IMG/VR virus record: IMGVR_UViG_3300010401_000016
Coordinates: 1-43,971 of that record
DNA length: 43,971 nucleotides
Reading direction: 5' to 3' (one strand)
DNA from: a virus
Shown: piece after piece, positions 9,114 through 15,044 of the stretch
How positions within the stretch are numbered: position 1 is the first letter of the stretch
Layout of the letters: every line of letters begins with the position of its first letter
Notes under the pieces: generated by a model
The model's input: only the letters and a program-made list of their open reading frames with translations
The model's database searches: none
What the model was told of the DNA's origin: nothing
Position numbers and translations under genes: made by a program

Positions 9114-9789
9114 CGTCCATCATATCAAAGTGAATTTTTTTTGCGTAAGATCCTGGTTCGACTGTAGTAAGAAGAGTAACCTTACCGCCACCTTCAATAC
9201 AAGGCATGAAAGCTGCGTATGATTCTTCTGCGAGTTCCCAAAATGCAAACTCATCTGCCATAATTGCAGAAGCTGTTTCAGAACGTAATTTATTTTTACC
9301 CATTGGAATACCAGACATTCTGGATCCAAGTTCGTCGAAGACAATTCTGTCTGCGCGTTTATCATTCATCTTAGGACGATATGCCATAGGCCAAACATCT
9401 TCAGGAATGTGATTATAAATAAATTTACATTTCTCAATAAGTTTAATTGAGAAGTCTTCAGACATAGAAACAAGAAATATATTTCTGTCTGGCTGAGTCA
9501 TTGCCATATGTAAGTGCAATGCACACATTAACCATGTGAGCCACATACGACGAGATTTTACAATAGAAACTTTATTATGTGCTTCCCATCCGCGAGTAAG
9601 AGCATACAAATAATACAAATCAATTGGTGCAGGCTTAGTAGAGTCTGTCTTTGCTACTTCATCCTTCGTGAATACACACGTAGAGATGAATATCCAAGGA
9701 TCCATAAACAATTTGAGTCGTTCAGCAGGATCTTTAGGAAGACTTGTGATTATTTCATTTCGAAGATCCACTTGATTCCTCTTCTTCAA
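9100..9789 (-). CDS. terL: Terminase large subunit, N-terminal (ATPase) segment.
   Basis: Walker A-like VKSRRMWLTW and Walker B-like AIMADEFAFW. It ends at a stop straight after an A5 run and lacks the remainder of the ATPase and linker, which is found in 8250..9113. Confidence 0.85.
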   Translation of the reverse strand: MKKRNQVDLRNEIITSLPKDPAERLKLFMDPWIFISTCVFTKDEVAKTDSTKPAPIDLYYLYALTRGWEAHNKVSIVKSRRMWLTWLMCALHLHMAMTQPDRNIFLVSMSEDFSIKLIEKCKFIYNHIPEDVWPMAYRPKMNDKRADRIVFDELGSRMSGIPMGKNKLRSETASAIMADEFAFWELAEESYAAFMPCIEGGGKVTLLTTVEPGSYAKKIHFDMMDDEKV

Positions 9790-10345
9790 TATCTACTTTT
9801 GTTTTTTGTAGTTGTGAGAAAATATCTTTCATCGTGATTGGTTTATCAGCATCTCCATCAGGAGCATCTTCGCCTTCTTTAGATTTTTCAAGAACAGTCT
9901 GAGCTGCCTTGACACGAAGTTGGATTCCTAAAGAAGTATCATTCATTGTATCAACCAAAAGTTTTGCAGCAACAAATGCATTTTGTTTATAATACTCTTT
10001 AACATCTTTTTTACCAAGATGAAATTCAATTGCATTTATGAATGCCTGAACTTTTGCATCCTTCAACCATCGACCAACTGTACTGGGAATAACTTTTCCC
10101 TCTTTTGAAATTTTTGCGTTGATCCATCCCTTAACATGCGCGAATGCAACAAGTCTTTGCTTTGGCGACATCCCGTCGGAAATAAAGTTTACCATCTTCT
10201 CAGGGAACTCAGTTTTGATGTCTTCCTTGAGTTTTTCCCATTCAGTTTTCTCTTTTGATTTGGAACTGGTTGTTTCTAAATCAGAATTATCGTCTTCGTA
10301 AACCGAATACTTCTTACTTGGGATTGATTTGGGATCTTCTACCAT
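9755..10345 (-). CDS. terS: Terminase small subunit (putative).
   Basis: 196 aa directly upstream of and overlapping terL. It has an HTH-like segment (SPKQRLVAFAHVKGWINAKISKEGKVIPSTVGRWLKDAKVQAFI) and an acidic tail. Confidence 0.6.
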   Translation of the reverse strand: MVEDPKSIPSKKYSVYEDDNSDLETTSSKSKEKTEWEKLKEDIKTEFPEKMVNFISDGMSPKQRLVAFAHVKGWINAKISKEGKVIPSTVGRWLKDAKVQAFINAIEFHLGKKDVKEYYKQNAFVAAKLLVDTMNDTSLGIQLRVKAAQTVLEKSKEGEDAPDGDADKPITMKDIFSQLQKTKVDIEEEESSGSSK

Positions 10346-10351
10346 GACTGT

Positions 10352-10380
10352 ATTGTACCATACGTTACATCATGTTGCAA
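10352..10380 (-). promoter_or_regulatory. Sigma70-like promoter placing +1 at the terS ATG, implying a leaderless mRNA.
   Basis: On the minus strand: TTGCAA (10380-10375), N17, TACAAT (10357-10352), acagtc, ATG (10345). There is no Shine-Dalgarno sequence. Confidence 0.55.
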
Positions 10381-10390
10381 AGAGGGAAGT

Positions 10391-10470
10391 CAAAAGAAAA
10401 AGCCTCTTGCTCATACTCGCTTTCCACCAACCCACTGAAGGATTGGCTTTCGGTTTTCTGCCAAGAGGCT
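10391..10470 (-). terminator. Long structured hairpin followed by a T-tract downstream of the tRNA. It is a candidate terminator or processing element.
   Basis: On the minus strand: AGCCTCTTG (10470-10462), a 52-nt loop containing an inner CCAATCC/GGGTTGG stem, CAAGAGGCT (10409-10401), then TTTTCTTTT. Confidence 0.4.
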
Positions 10471-10565
10471 CATTCTTGCGCGTATCTCTACCACGCATCG
10501 TTTTAAACCCTGTAGAGAGAGCTTAGACGAACTTTTATTATCTCAGATTGTTTTGGAATTGTCAA

Positions 10566-10640
10566 TGGTAGCGGGTGCTGGATTCGAACCAGCCTAAAGA
10601 AGCTTATGAGACTTCTGAGCAACCCCTGCTCCAACCCGCC
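10566..10640 (-). tRNA. tRNA with anticodon CAT. It is an elongator Met or a lysidine-type Ile2, not initiator-like.
   Basis: Hand-folded 75-nt cloverleaf: acceptor GGCGGGT/ACCCGCT, D stem GAGC/GCTC, anticodon stem GAAGT/GCTTC with loop CTCATAA, T arm GCTGG-TTCGAAT-CCAGC, discriminator A, encoded CCA. Confidence 0.9.
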
Positions 10641-10646
10641 AGTTCG

Positions 10647-10675
10647 ATTATAACCTAAAATAGCAAAAGGGCCAA
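10647..10675 (-). promoter_or_regulatory. Sigma70-like promoter placing +1 at the tRNA 5' end.
   Basis: On the minus strand: TTGGCC (10675-10670), N17, TATAAT (10652-10647), cgaact, G1 of the tRNA (10640). Confidence 0.5.
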
Positions 10676-10696
10676 GTATTACTACTCAGCCCTTTT
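10657..10696 (-). terminator. Hairpin with flanking A and T tracts between the 330-aa gene and the tRNA. It is a candidate bidirectional terminator.
   Basis: AAAAGGGC (10665-10672) and GCCCTTTT (10689-10696) form an 8-bp stem with a 16-nt loop. On the minus strand it is followed by GCTATTTT. Confidence 0.4.
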
Positions 10697-10823
10697 GATT
10701 CGTCAGATTCCCATATTGCTATGGAATTCCGTTCCCTCGAAATTATAATATCTCATGATTGGAAGAAAAAGTCAAGTATTGCGCCCTAATATATAGGCGC
10801 AACTTAATAGCGTATGTGCGCTA

Positions 10824-11816
10824 TTAAACTATTGAATACTCTACGTTTATTTGAACCCCTGCTGCTGCATTTGCAGAAGTATTGAGAACTAGAGCTGTAT
10901 TGACAGGCAATTTCCAGGAAGTTTCCTCGTAAAAATTAAAAGCAGATGTTGTTAACCATTTTTTTCGAACTGTTCCGGCAATGCCTTCTGTCAGAGATGG
11001 ATTGACTACAGATGTCAATGTGCTGGACAATGTGATTCGTTTTACCCAAATTGAAAGTGATGCTCCAGGAGCTGCTATCACAGTTGTATTTCCAACAACA
11101 GCAGTGAACACACTCACAATTGAATTTGGCCCGATTATAGTTGCGAGTTGATTACTGATAGCTACTTGTGCAAGTCCAGTTGCTGCTCCTGTTGGAAGAG
11201 CTGAAGAATCCACAGTAACATGCTGCACATCAGCAGGTTTTGTTCGTGTACTTAGTTGCACATCGATATTATCAGTTTTTAATTTGATATTGTCTAAAAC
11301 ATTTTTAATAGTTGTGAGTGAAGAATCTGCGGCTGCTCCGGCGGGTAATGGTAGTGCTACTACACTGATTGGTTGAGTTGCTTGCCAAAAAGTTCCTGTC
11401 ACAGCGATTGCTGTTGAAATTGAAACTGGTTGTGTTGTTTGCCAGAATGTGCCAGATACAGGTTGTGTAGCAGGCCAGAAGGTTCCAGTGACTGATTGAC
11501 TCACAGGAAAATTTGAAACATTAAATGAACTGGGAAAATTTCCTACATTCACATTTCCTGACACTGCTGCTGATACAGATCCTGATACTGGTTGTACTGT
11601 GGGAAATGCTGGAAAATTATTTACATGAACTTCCTGAGAAGAGGGAAAGTTGGAAATATTGATTGAGGAAGGAAAAGTTATGTTTAAGTCTTGGATTGCA
11701 GTGAGAACTTCTTGGAGCGTAACTTCTTTGGCTGCTGTAGAATCGACAGTCAGTAATTTTTTGTCGTAGCTGAAGCGAAGCGCATTTAAAACTTCGGATA
11801 ATTTTTTATCCATCAT
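10824..11816 (-). CDS. Repeat-rich protein (330 aa), a candidate virion or receptor-binding protein.
   Basis: Track ORF. Internal repeats are NFPSS/NFPxxQ (x4-5), GTFW(P/Q)xTQP(V/I)S (x3) and LPxGAA (x2). It is bracketed by its own promoter and terminators. Confidence 0.6.
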   Translation of the reverse strand: MMDKKLSEVLNALRFSYDKKLLTVDSTAAKEVTLQEVLTAIQDLNITFPSSINISNFPSSQEVHVNNFPAFPTVQPVSGSVSAAVSGNVNVGNFPSSFNVSNFPVSQSVTGTFWPATQPVSGTFWQTTQPVSISTAIAVTGTFWQATQPISVVALPLPAGAAADSSLTTIKNVLDNIKLKTDNIDVQLSTRTKPADVQHVTVDSSALPTGAATGLAQVAISNQLATIIGPNSIVSVFTAVVGNTTVIAAPGASLSIWVKRITLSSTLTSVVNPSLTEGIAGTVRKKWLTTSAFNFYEETSWKLPVNTALVLNTSANAAAGVQINVEYSIV

Positions 11817-11825
11817 AGACCATCC

Positions 11826-11834
11826 ATTATATCA
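11826..11834 (-). promoter_or_regulatory. Extended -10 promoter (TGATATAAT) for the 330-aa gene.
   Basis: On the minus strand, TGaTATAAT lies 9 nt upstream of the ATGATG start (11816), immediately after terminator 11843..11885. Confidence 0.45.
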
Positions 11835-11842
11835 CAGAGCAG

Positions 11843-11885
11843 GTAAAAATAGGAAGGGGATCTCGAAACCCTACGAAATCCCCTT
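11843..11885 (-). terminator. Rho-independent terminator after the ClpP-like gene.
   Basis: On the minus strand: AAGGGGAT (11885-11878), a 16-nt loop, ATCCCCTT (11861-11854), then CCTATTTTT. Confidence 0.6.
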
Positions 11886-11896
11886 ATGAGTGGAGC

Positions 11897-12637
11897 TTAC
11901 CGATTACGGTTCGGCACAGTTGGATTGGAATTCTGTCCACCAAGAATCATTTTGAAGAGAGCTTCAAGAGGATTTTCGGGGGGCTTTGGTTTCGTGTAAA
12001 CTAAATAATCGAGAACACCGTCGATCATTCCAATCTTTGCAGCTTGTGTTGCAGTCATTTCCCAATCTCGACGTGTAACCTTTTCAAGATAATCTTTGGT
12101 TGTCATTCCGAGTTGTGCAGCAATATCTTCAGAAATTTCTGAATTAGAAGCAAGGGAAACATCGAGTGCATCTTTTACGTCGAGGATTGGCCCTTGAACT
12201 CCGATTTGAATTTGGTGAAATAGAATTGTTGCTTGTCGTTGTACATATGTTTCATAGCAGTATGCTGTAATGAATGCTGCCATAGAAGCTGCTTGATGTT
12301 TAACTCCACAAATCACTTTGAGATTTTTATCTTCCTTCAATGATTTGATTGTGTCGATTATATCAAAGCCTGCTTCAACTCTACCGCCTGGTGAATCAAT
12401 CATCAGATAAATAGGTTTGTTATTTTTTTTTGCAAGCTCATTCATTTCATCAATTACAGTGTCAGCATTAACTTTCTCAATTACACCTTCAAGAACAACT
12501 GTTCTTTCTGGATCTGCTTCCAATGTTTTTAATTTTTTTACTTTCTGTTCCTTGGTGAAATTAACTTTGGACTGATCGCTGGCAAATGCTGATAAGCTGG
12601 AGCTTATTAGAATCGCGCTCAACAATAATTTAAACAT
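11897..12637 (-). CDS. ClpP-family (S14) serine protease with an N-terminal Sec signal peptide. The start is refined from the track value.
   Basis: Signal peptide MFKLLLSAILISSSLSAFA/SD. ClpP motifs are IDSPGGRVEAG, HQAASMAAF (Ser), LFHQIQIGVQG (His) and RRDWEMTATQAAKIGMIDGV (Asp). The start overlaps the upstream stop as TAATG and follows GGAAGGAAAG. Confidence 0.8.
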   Translation of the reverse strand: MFKLLLSAILISSSLSAFASDQSKVNFTKEQKVKKLKTLEADPERTVVLEGVIEKVNADTVIDEMNELAKKNNKPIYLMIDSPGGRVEAGFDIIDTIKSLKEDKNLKVICGVKHQAASMAAFITAYCYETYVQRQATILFHQIQIGVQGPILDVKDALDVSLASNSEISEDIAAQLGMTTKDYLEKVTRRDWEMTATQAAKIGMIDGVLDYLVYTKPKPPENPLEALFKMILGGQNSNPTVPNRNR

Positions 12638-13380
12638 TATACTTTCCTTCCCTGGAAGTAGTGGCTGCAATCACGGCACTGTAGTGCTTGATACTTCCCT
12701 ACTTTTTTAATATTGTATCCTCTGATTACCACATGATCAGAAGCGCAGTGAGGACATGCGTCTCTATCTGCTTTCGCAATGACCCCTCTATGGGCTTTCA
12801 CTGGAAAGAACTTAGAAGCTTTTTTGAAAACTCTTTCGAGTAAACGAACATCGCGTTGACAATAGCGAACCATTTTGTCCATGTGTGTCTTGCTGCGATT
12901 TTCTACGATTTGAACCCAATCGTCAAAGTTCATCGGTGCTTTACCTGCACCCAATAAAATTTTTGAAATGTAATCCAAACGATGAGAGGGAAGATTGAAA
13001 ACTTTACGGAAGTTTTTCAATGTATCTTCTGATGTAGGCCAATTGATCGGATCTTGATTGTTCATCAAGCGTTGTGCATTAAGATGTTTGATGTCGAATG
13101 AATCACCATTGTGGGCGATAACGACATCTGCTGATTCAACAACTTTTGTAAATTCTTTTACAAGCTGCGAGCTGTCACGGGTTTTCATGTTCCAAGAAAG
13201 TTTGCTTACAGTACGATCACCGAGAAACTTCCAACACACGCAAAGGATTTCCGTCTTCTGTCCTTTTTTGATTTGATCGTGGCTGATGTTGATCTTGCTA
13301 CCTGTTCTCCAGATATAAGCAAGGATGGGTGAGGTTTCAATATCAAAAAATAAAACTTTGGGTTTTTTCATTACTTCCAT
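12637..13380 (-). CDS. DnaQ/RNase H-fold 3'-5' exonuclease-like protein with a C-terminal zinc ribbon.
   Basis: Exo I FFDIETS, Exo II AHNGDSFDIKHL and Exo III YCQRDVRLL, followed by CPHC...CRDC. Confidence 0.7.
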   Translation of the reverse strand: MEVMKKPKVLFFDIETSPILAYIWRTGSKINISHDQIKKGQKTEILCVCWKFLGDRTVSKLSWNMKTRDSSQLVKEFTKVVESADVVIAHNGDSFDIKHLNAQRLMNNQDPINWPTSEDTLKNFRKVFNLPSHRLDYISKILLGAGKAPMNFDDWVQIVENRSKTHMDKMVRYCQRDVRLLERVFKKASKFFPVKAHRGVIAKADRDACPHCASDHVVIRGYNIKKVGKYQALQCRDCSHYFQGRKV

Positions 13381-13413
13381 TCTCTCATTTTGAGCAGTTC
13401 AAGTCAATCAGAC

Positions 13414-13635
13414 TTATAGGTTCTCCATGAAGATTCCCTTGATCATTTCAAGTACACCCATAACTTCCCAGTTATTGAGTTTACAGGTTGACATCCTGAA
13501 GTGACCATCTTTGGTCGCAGTGATCACAATCGCTATATCGGCTGGGTTCTTCTTCATCTCTTCCAGGGTTGTGTTCAATAACTGTTCAGGTGTGGATCCA
13601 TTATCTTGATAATCTTTGATGTCAACGAGTTTCAT
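13414..13635 (-). CDS. Hypothetical protein (73 aa).
   Basis: Track ORF whose start overlaps the stop of 13632..13898. Confidence 0.5.
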   Translation of the reverse strand: MKLVDIKDYQDNGSTPEQLLNTTLEEMKKNPADIAIVITATKDGHFRMSTCKLNNWEVMGVLEMIKGIFMENL

Positions 13636-13898
13636 TTCAGTTTCCTCATTTTACGAACCAACGTCCGAGGTATGACAGTGTAAGTCGATTTGCCCGAACC
13701 GTCTATAAAGGTTTCTGAACAAATACTCACTGCCTTCTTCGTGATCTTCTGAAGGTAGCCCAGGGTTAAAACCAGAATCCCACCATCAGATTCGGAATCT
13801 TGAATTTCTTCATCACTAGGATCATCATGACAAACTGTATCCAGCCAGGTCACTTCAACAATATCACCAATTTTCAATTCGAGTTTCTTTTGGGCCAT
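13632..13898 (-). CDS. Hypothetical protein (88 aa), the first gene of the leftward arm.
   Basis: Track ORF. The ATG at 13898 lies 6 nt downstream of a -10-like hexamer and has no Shine-Dalgarno sequence. Confidence 0.55.
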   Translation of the reverse strand: MAQKKLELKIGDIVEVTWLDTVCHDDPSDEEIQDSESDGGILVLTLGYLQKITKKAVSICSETFIDGSGKSTYTVIPRTLVRKMRKLK

Positions 13899-13904
13899 TT
13901 AAAG

Positions 13905-13933
13905 ATTGTGCCATATTGTGCCATTCGGGTCAA
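13905..13933 (-). promoter_or_regulatory. Sigma70-like promoter placing +1 at the ATG of 13632..13898 (leaderless).
   Basis: On the minus strand: TTGACC (13933-13928), N17, CACAAT (13910-13905), ctttaa, ATG (13898). It overlaps the tandem repeat ATTGTGCCAT x2 (13905-13924). Confidence 0.5.
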
Positions 13934-14029
13934 TGAAACGGAATTGTCAAATATGCAAATTGGGACTCATAACGTCCCTTTCTGCATATTAAAGAATTTG
14001 CATGAAACTTTAATAAGGATTCATGCAAA

Positions 14030-14056
14030 AGATACAAAGTACCCCAGTTTGTATCT
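14030..14056. promoter_or_regulatory. 9-bp inverted repeat flanked by direct ATGCAAAA boxes.
   Basis: AGATACAAA (14030-14038), a 9-nt loop, TTTGTATCT (14048-14056). ATGCAAAA lies at 14023-14030 and at 14057-14064. Confidence 0.5.
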
Positions 14057-14144
14057 ATGCAAAATTTGCGGAGATTAGAGGCTTTATTCTCCGCAGAATG
14101 ACCATACACTACATTGCATGGCTTGTGGCCTTTTGTAGTGTAAA

Positions 14145-14159
14145 GTGGGAAATTCCCAC
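14145..14159. promoter_or_regulatory. Perfect 15-bp palindrome, a candidate operator.
   Basis: GTGGGAA-A-TTCCCAC, read directly from the sequence. Confidence 0.5.
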
Positions 14160-14395
14160 AACGAGAAAAACGTGAATCTTCGTCATATTGTCACACAATT
14201 CACGAAAAATGTGACATTGCGCAAATTGCAACATGCTGAGATCGTTCAGGCGCGGTTCAGGATGGTTTGAAGAAATGTAAACATTATCAGGTAGATAGCT
14301 GAATTTATTATATTTTTTTAAAATTTTTTCGAGATAGTCCTTTTTCTTCTGTGTGTGCGCGATGCATGGTGACCCGACGGCCTACCCTCTCAAGT

Positions 14396-14411
14396 TGGCA
14401 TGAACCTTGCA
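14396..14411 (+). promoter_or_regulatory. Sigma54 (RpoN)-type -24/-12 promoter candidate.
   Basis: TGGCATG-AACC-TTGCA against the consensus TGGCACG-N4-TTGCW. There is one mismatch, and the GG/GC spacing is correct. Confidence 0.4.
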
Positions 14412-14522
14412 AGTTCAAACTCTGTGCCAAATCTCTGCAAACAAGCCCAAGTCAATCAATAGTTTCATTAATAATATTAATAGCCTAGAATATGCTCAAC
14501 GCGCTCGCCTTCCCTCTTTGCA

Positions 14523-14541
14523 CTATGCACTATTTGCATAC
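14523..14541. promoter_or_regulatory. Candidate operator, copy 1: CTATGCACTATTTGCATAC (TATGC-N7-GCATA).
   Basis: Inverted half-sites TATGC (14524-28) and GCATA (14536-40). 17 of 19 positions are identical to copy 2. Confidence 0.5.
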
Positions 14542-14643
14542 CTGGCCCTGTGAAAGATAATAGATTGAACACTTTAAGCGTTTTTGTTCAGTGAACATGA
14601 AAGAGTGAAGGGTTGATAGTTCACTATTTACCATAAACCATCG

Positions 14644-14662
14644 CTATGCATTCTTTGCATAC
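14644..14662. promoter_or_regulatory. Candidate operator, copy 2: CTATGCATTCTTTGCATAC (TATGC-N7-GCATA).
   Basis: Inverted half-sites TATGC (14645-49) and GCATA (14657-61), 121 bp from copy 1. Confidence 0.5.
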
Positions 14663-14697
14663 TATGTAAGGTATTCACCCAAAACGTGTATAATTAT

Positions 14698-14742
14698 TTA
14701 TGCTTTTAAGCATAATTTCCAGGGCATTTTTTATGCCTTTTT
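14698..14742 (+). terminator. Two tandem hairpins ending in a T5 tract. This is a weak intrinsic-terminator candidate inside the control region.
   Basis: TTATGCT-TTTA-AGCATAA (14698-14715), then GGCAT-TTTTT-ATGCC (14723-14737), followed by TTTTT (14738-14742). Confidence 0.35.
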
Positions 14743-14808
14743 ACACAAATTTCATGCGCCCATTATGCATTATATACGATATGGCAAAACTAAGGAATCT
14801 GATACCAT

Positions 14809-14949
14809 ACTGAGAGGGGTTGAGTACGATTTTCTCATTGTCTCTTATATTCTCTATTATCTTAATTATATAATCAAATATATATCTATATAATATAATA
14901 CACTTATTTTAACAGCCTATACCCCTCAGAAAGAAGGCCCCTCAGTATC
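14809..14949. repeat. Imperfect inverted repeat bracketing an AT-rich block of about 115 bp. It is a candidate origin, unwinding element or promoter cluster.
   Basis: ATACTGAGAGGGG (14809-14821) against CCCCTCAGTAT (14939-14949). CCCCTCAG is also direct-repeated at 14923-30. The interior is almost pure A/T (tatataatcaaatatatatctatataatataata). Confidence 0.45.
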
Positions 14950-15009
14950 ATATCAAACTTCTTAGCACAGTTACCATATGTGACATTATAAGATTCTCAA
15001 AAATAACTA

Positions 15010-15038
15010 TTTACATGAATGTTTGCATTTGAGATGAT
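15010..15038 (+). promoter_or_regulatory. Sigma70-like promoter placing +1 at the ATG of the first rightward gene (leaderless).
   Basis: TTTACA (15010-15), N17, GATGAT (15033-38), acatat, ATG (15045). There is no Shine-Dalgarno sequence. Confidence 0.45.
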
Positions 15039-15044
15039 ACATAT

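Noticed and set aside
10401-10470. A possible second tRNA or tRNA-like gene next to the tRNA(CAT).
   Set aside because: It has a 9-bp closing stem and an internal 7-bp stem with a 6-nt loop. It has no T-arm GTTCGAATC-type sequence, no cloverleaf and no CCA. I treat it as a structured terminator or processing hairpin.
13905-13924. Tandem ATTGTGCCAT x2, which reads TGGCACAATATGGCAC on the minus strand and looks like a sigma54 -24/-12 element.
   Set aside because: The GG-to-GC spacing is one base short of the consensus, and the -12 TTGC is missing. The sequence is better explained as part of the sigma70-like -10 and spacer of the leftward promoter.
14689-14694. A perfect TATAAT hexamer as a rightward early promoter.
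   Set aside because: There is no acceptable -35 at 16-18 nt, the TG is misplaced for an extended -10, and hairpins ending in a T-tract start 4 nt downstream. It would give only a transcript of about 40 nt.
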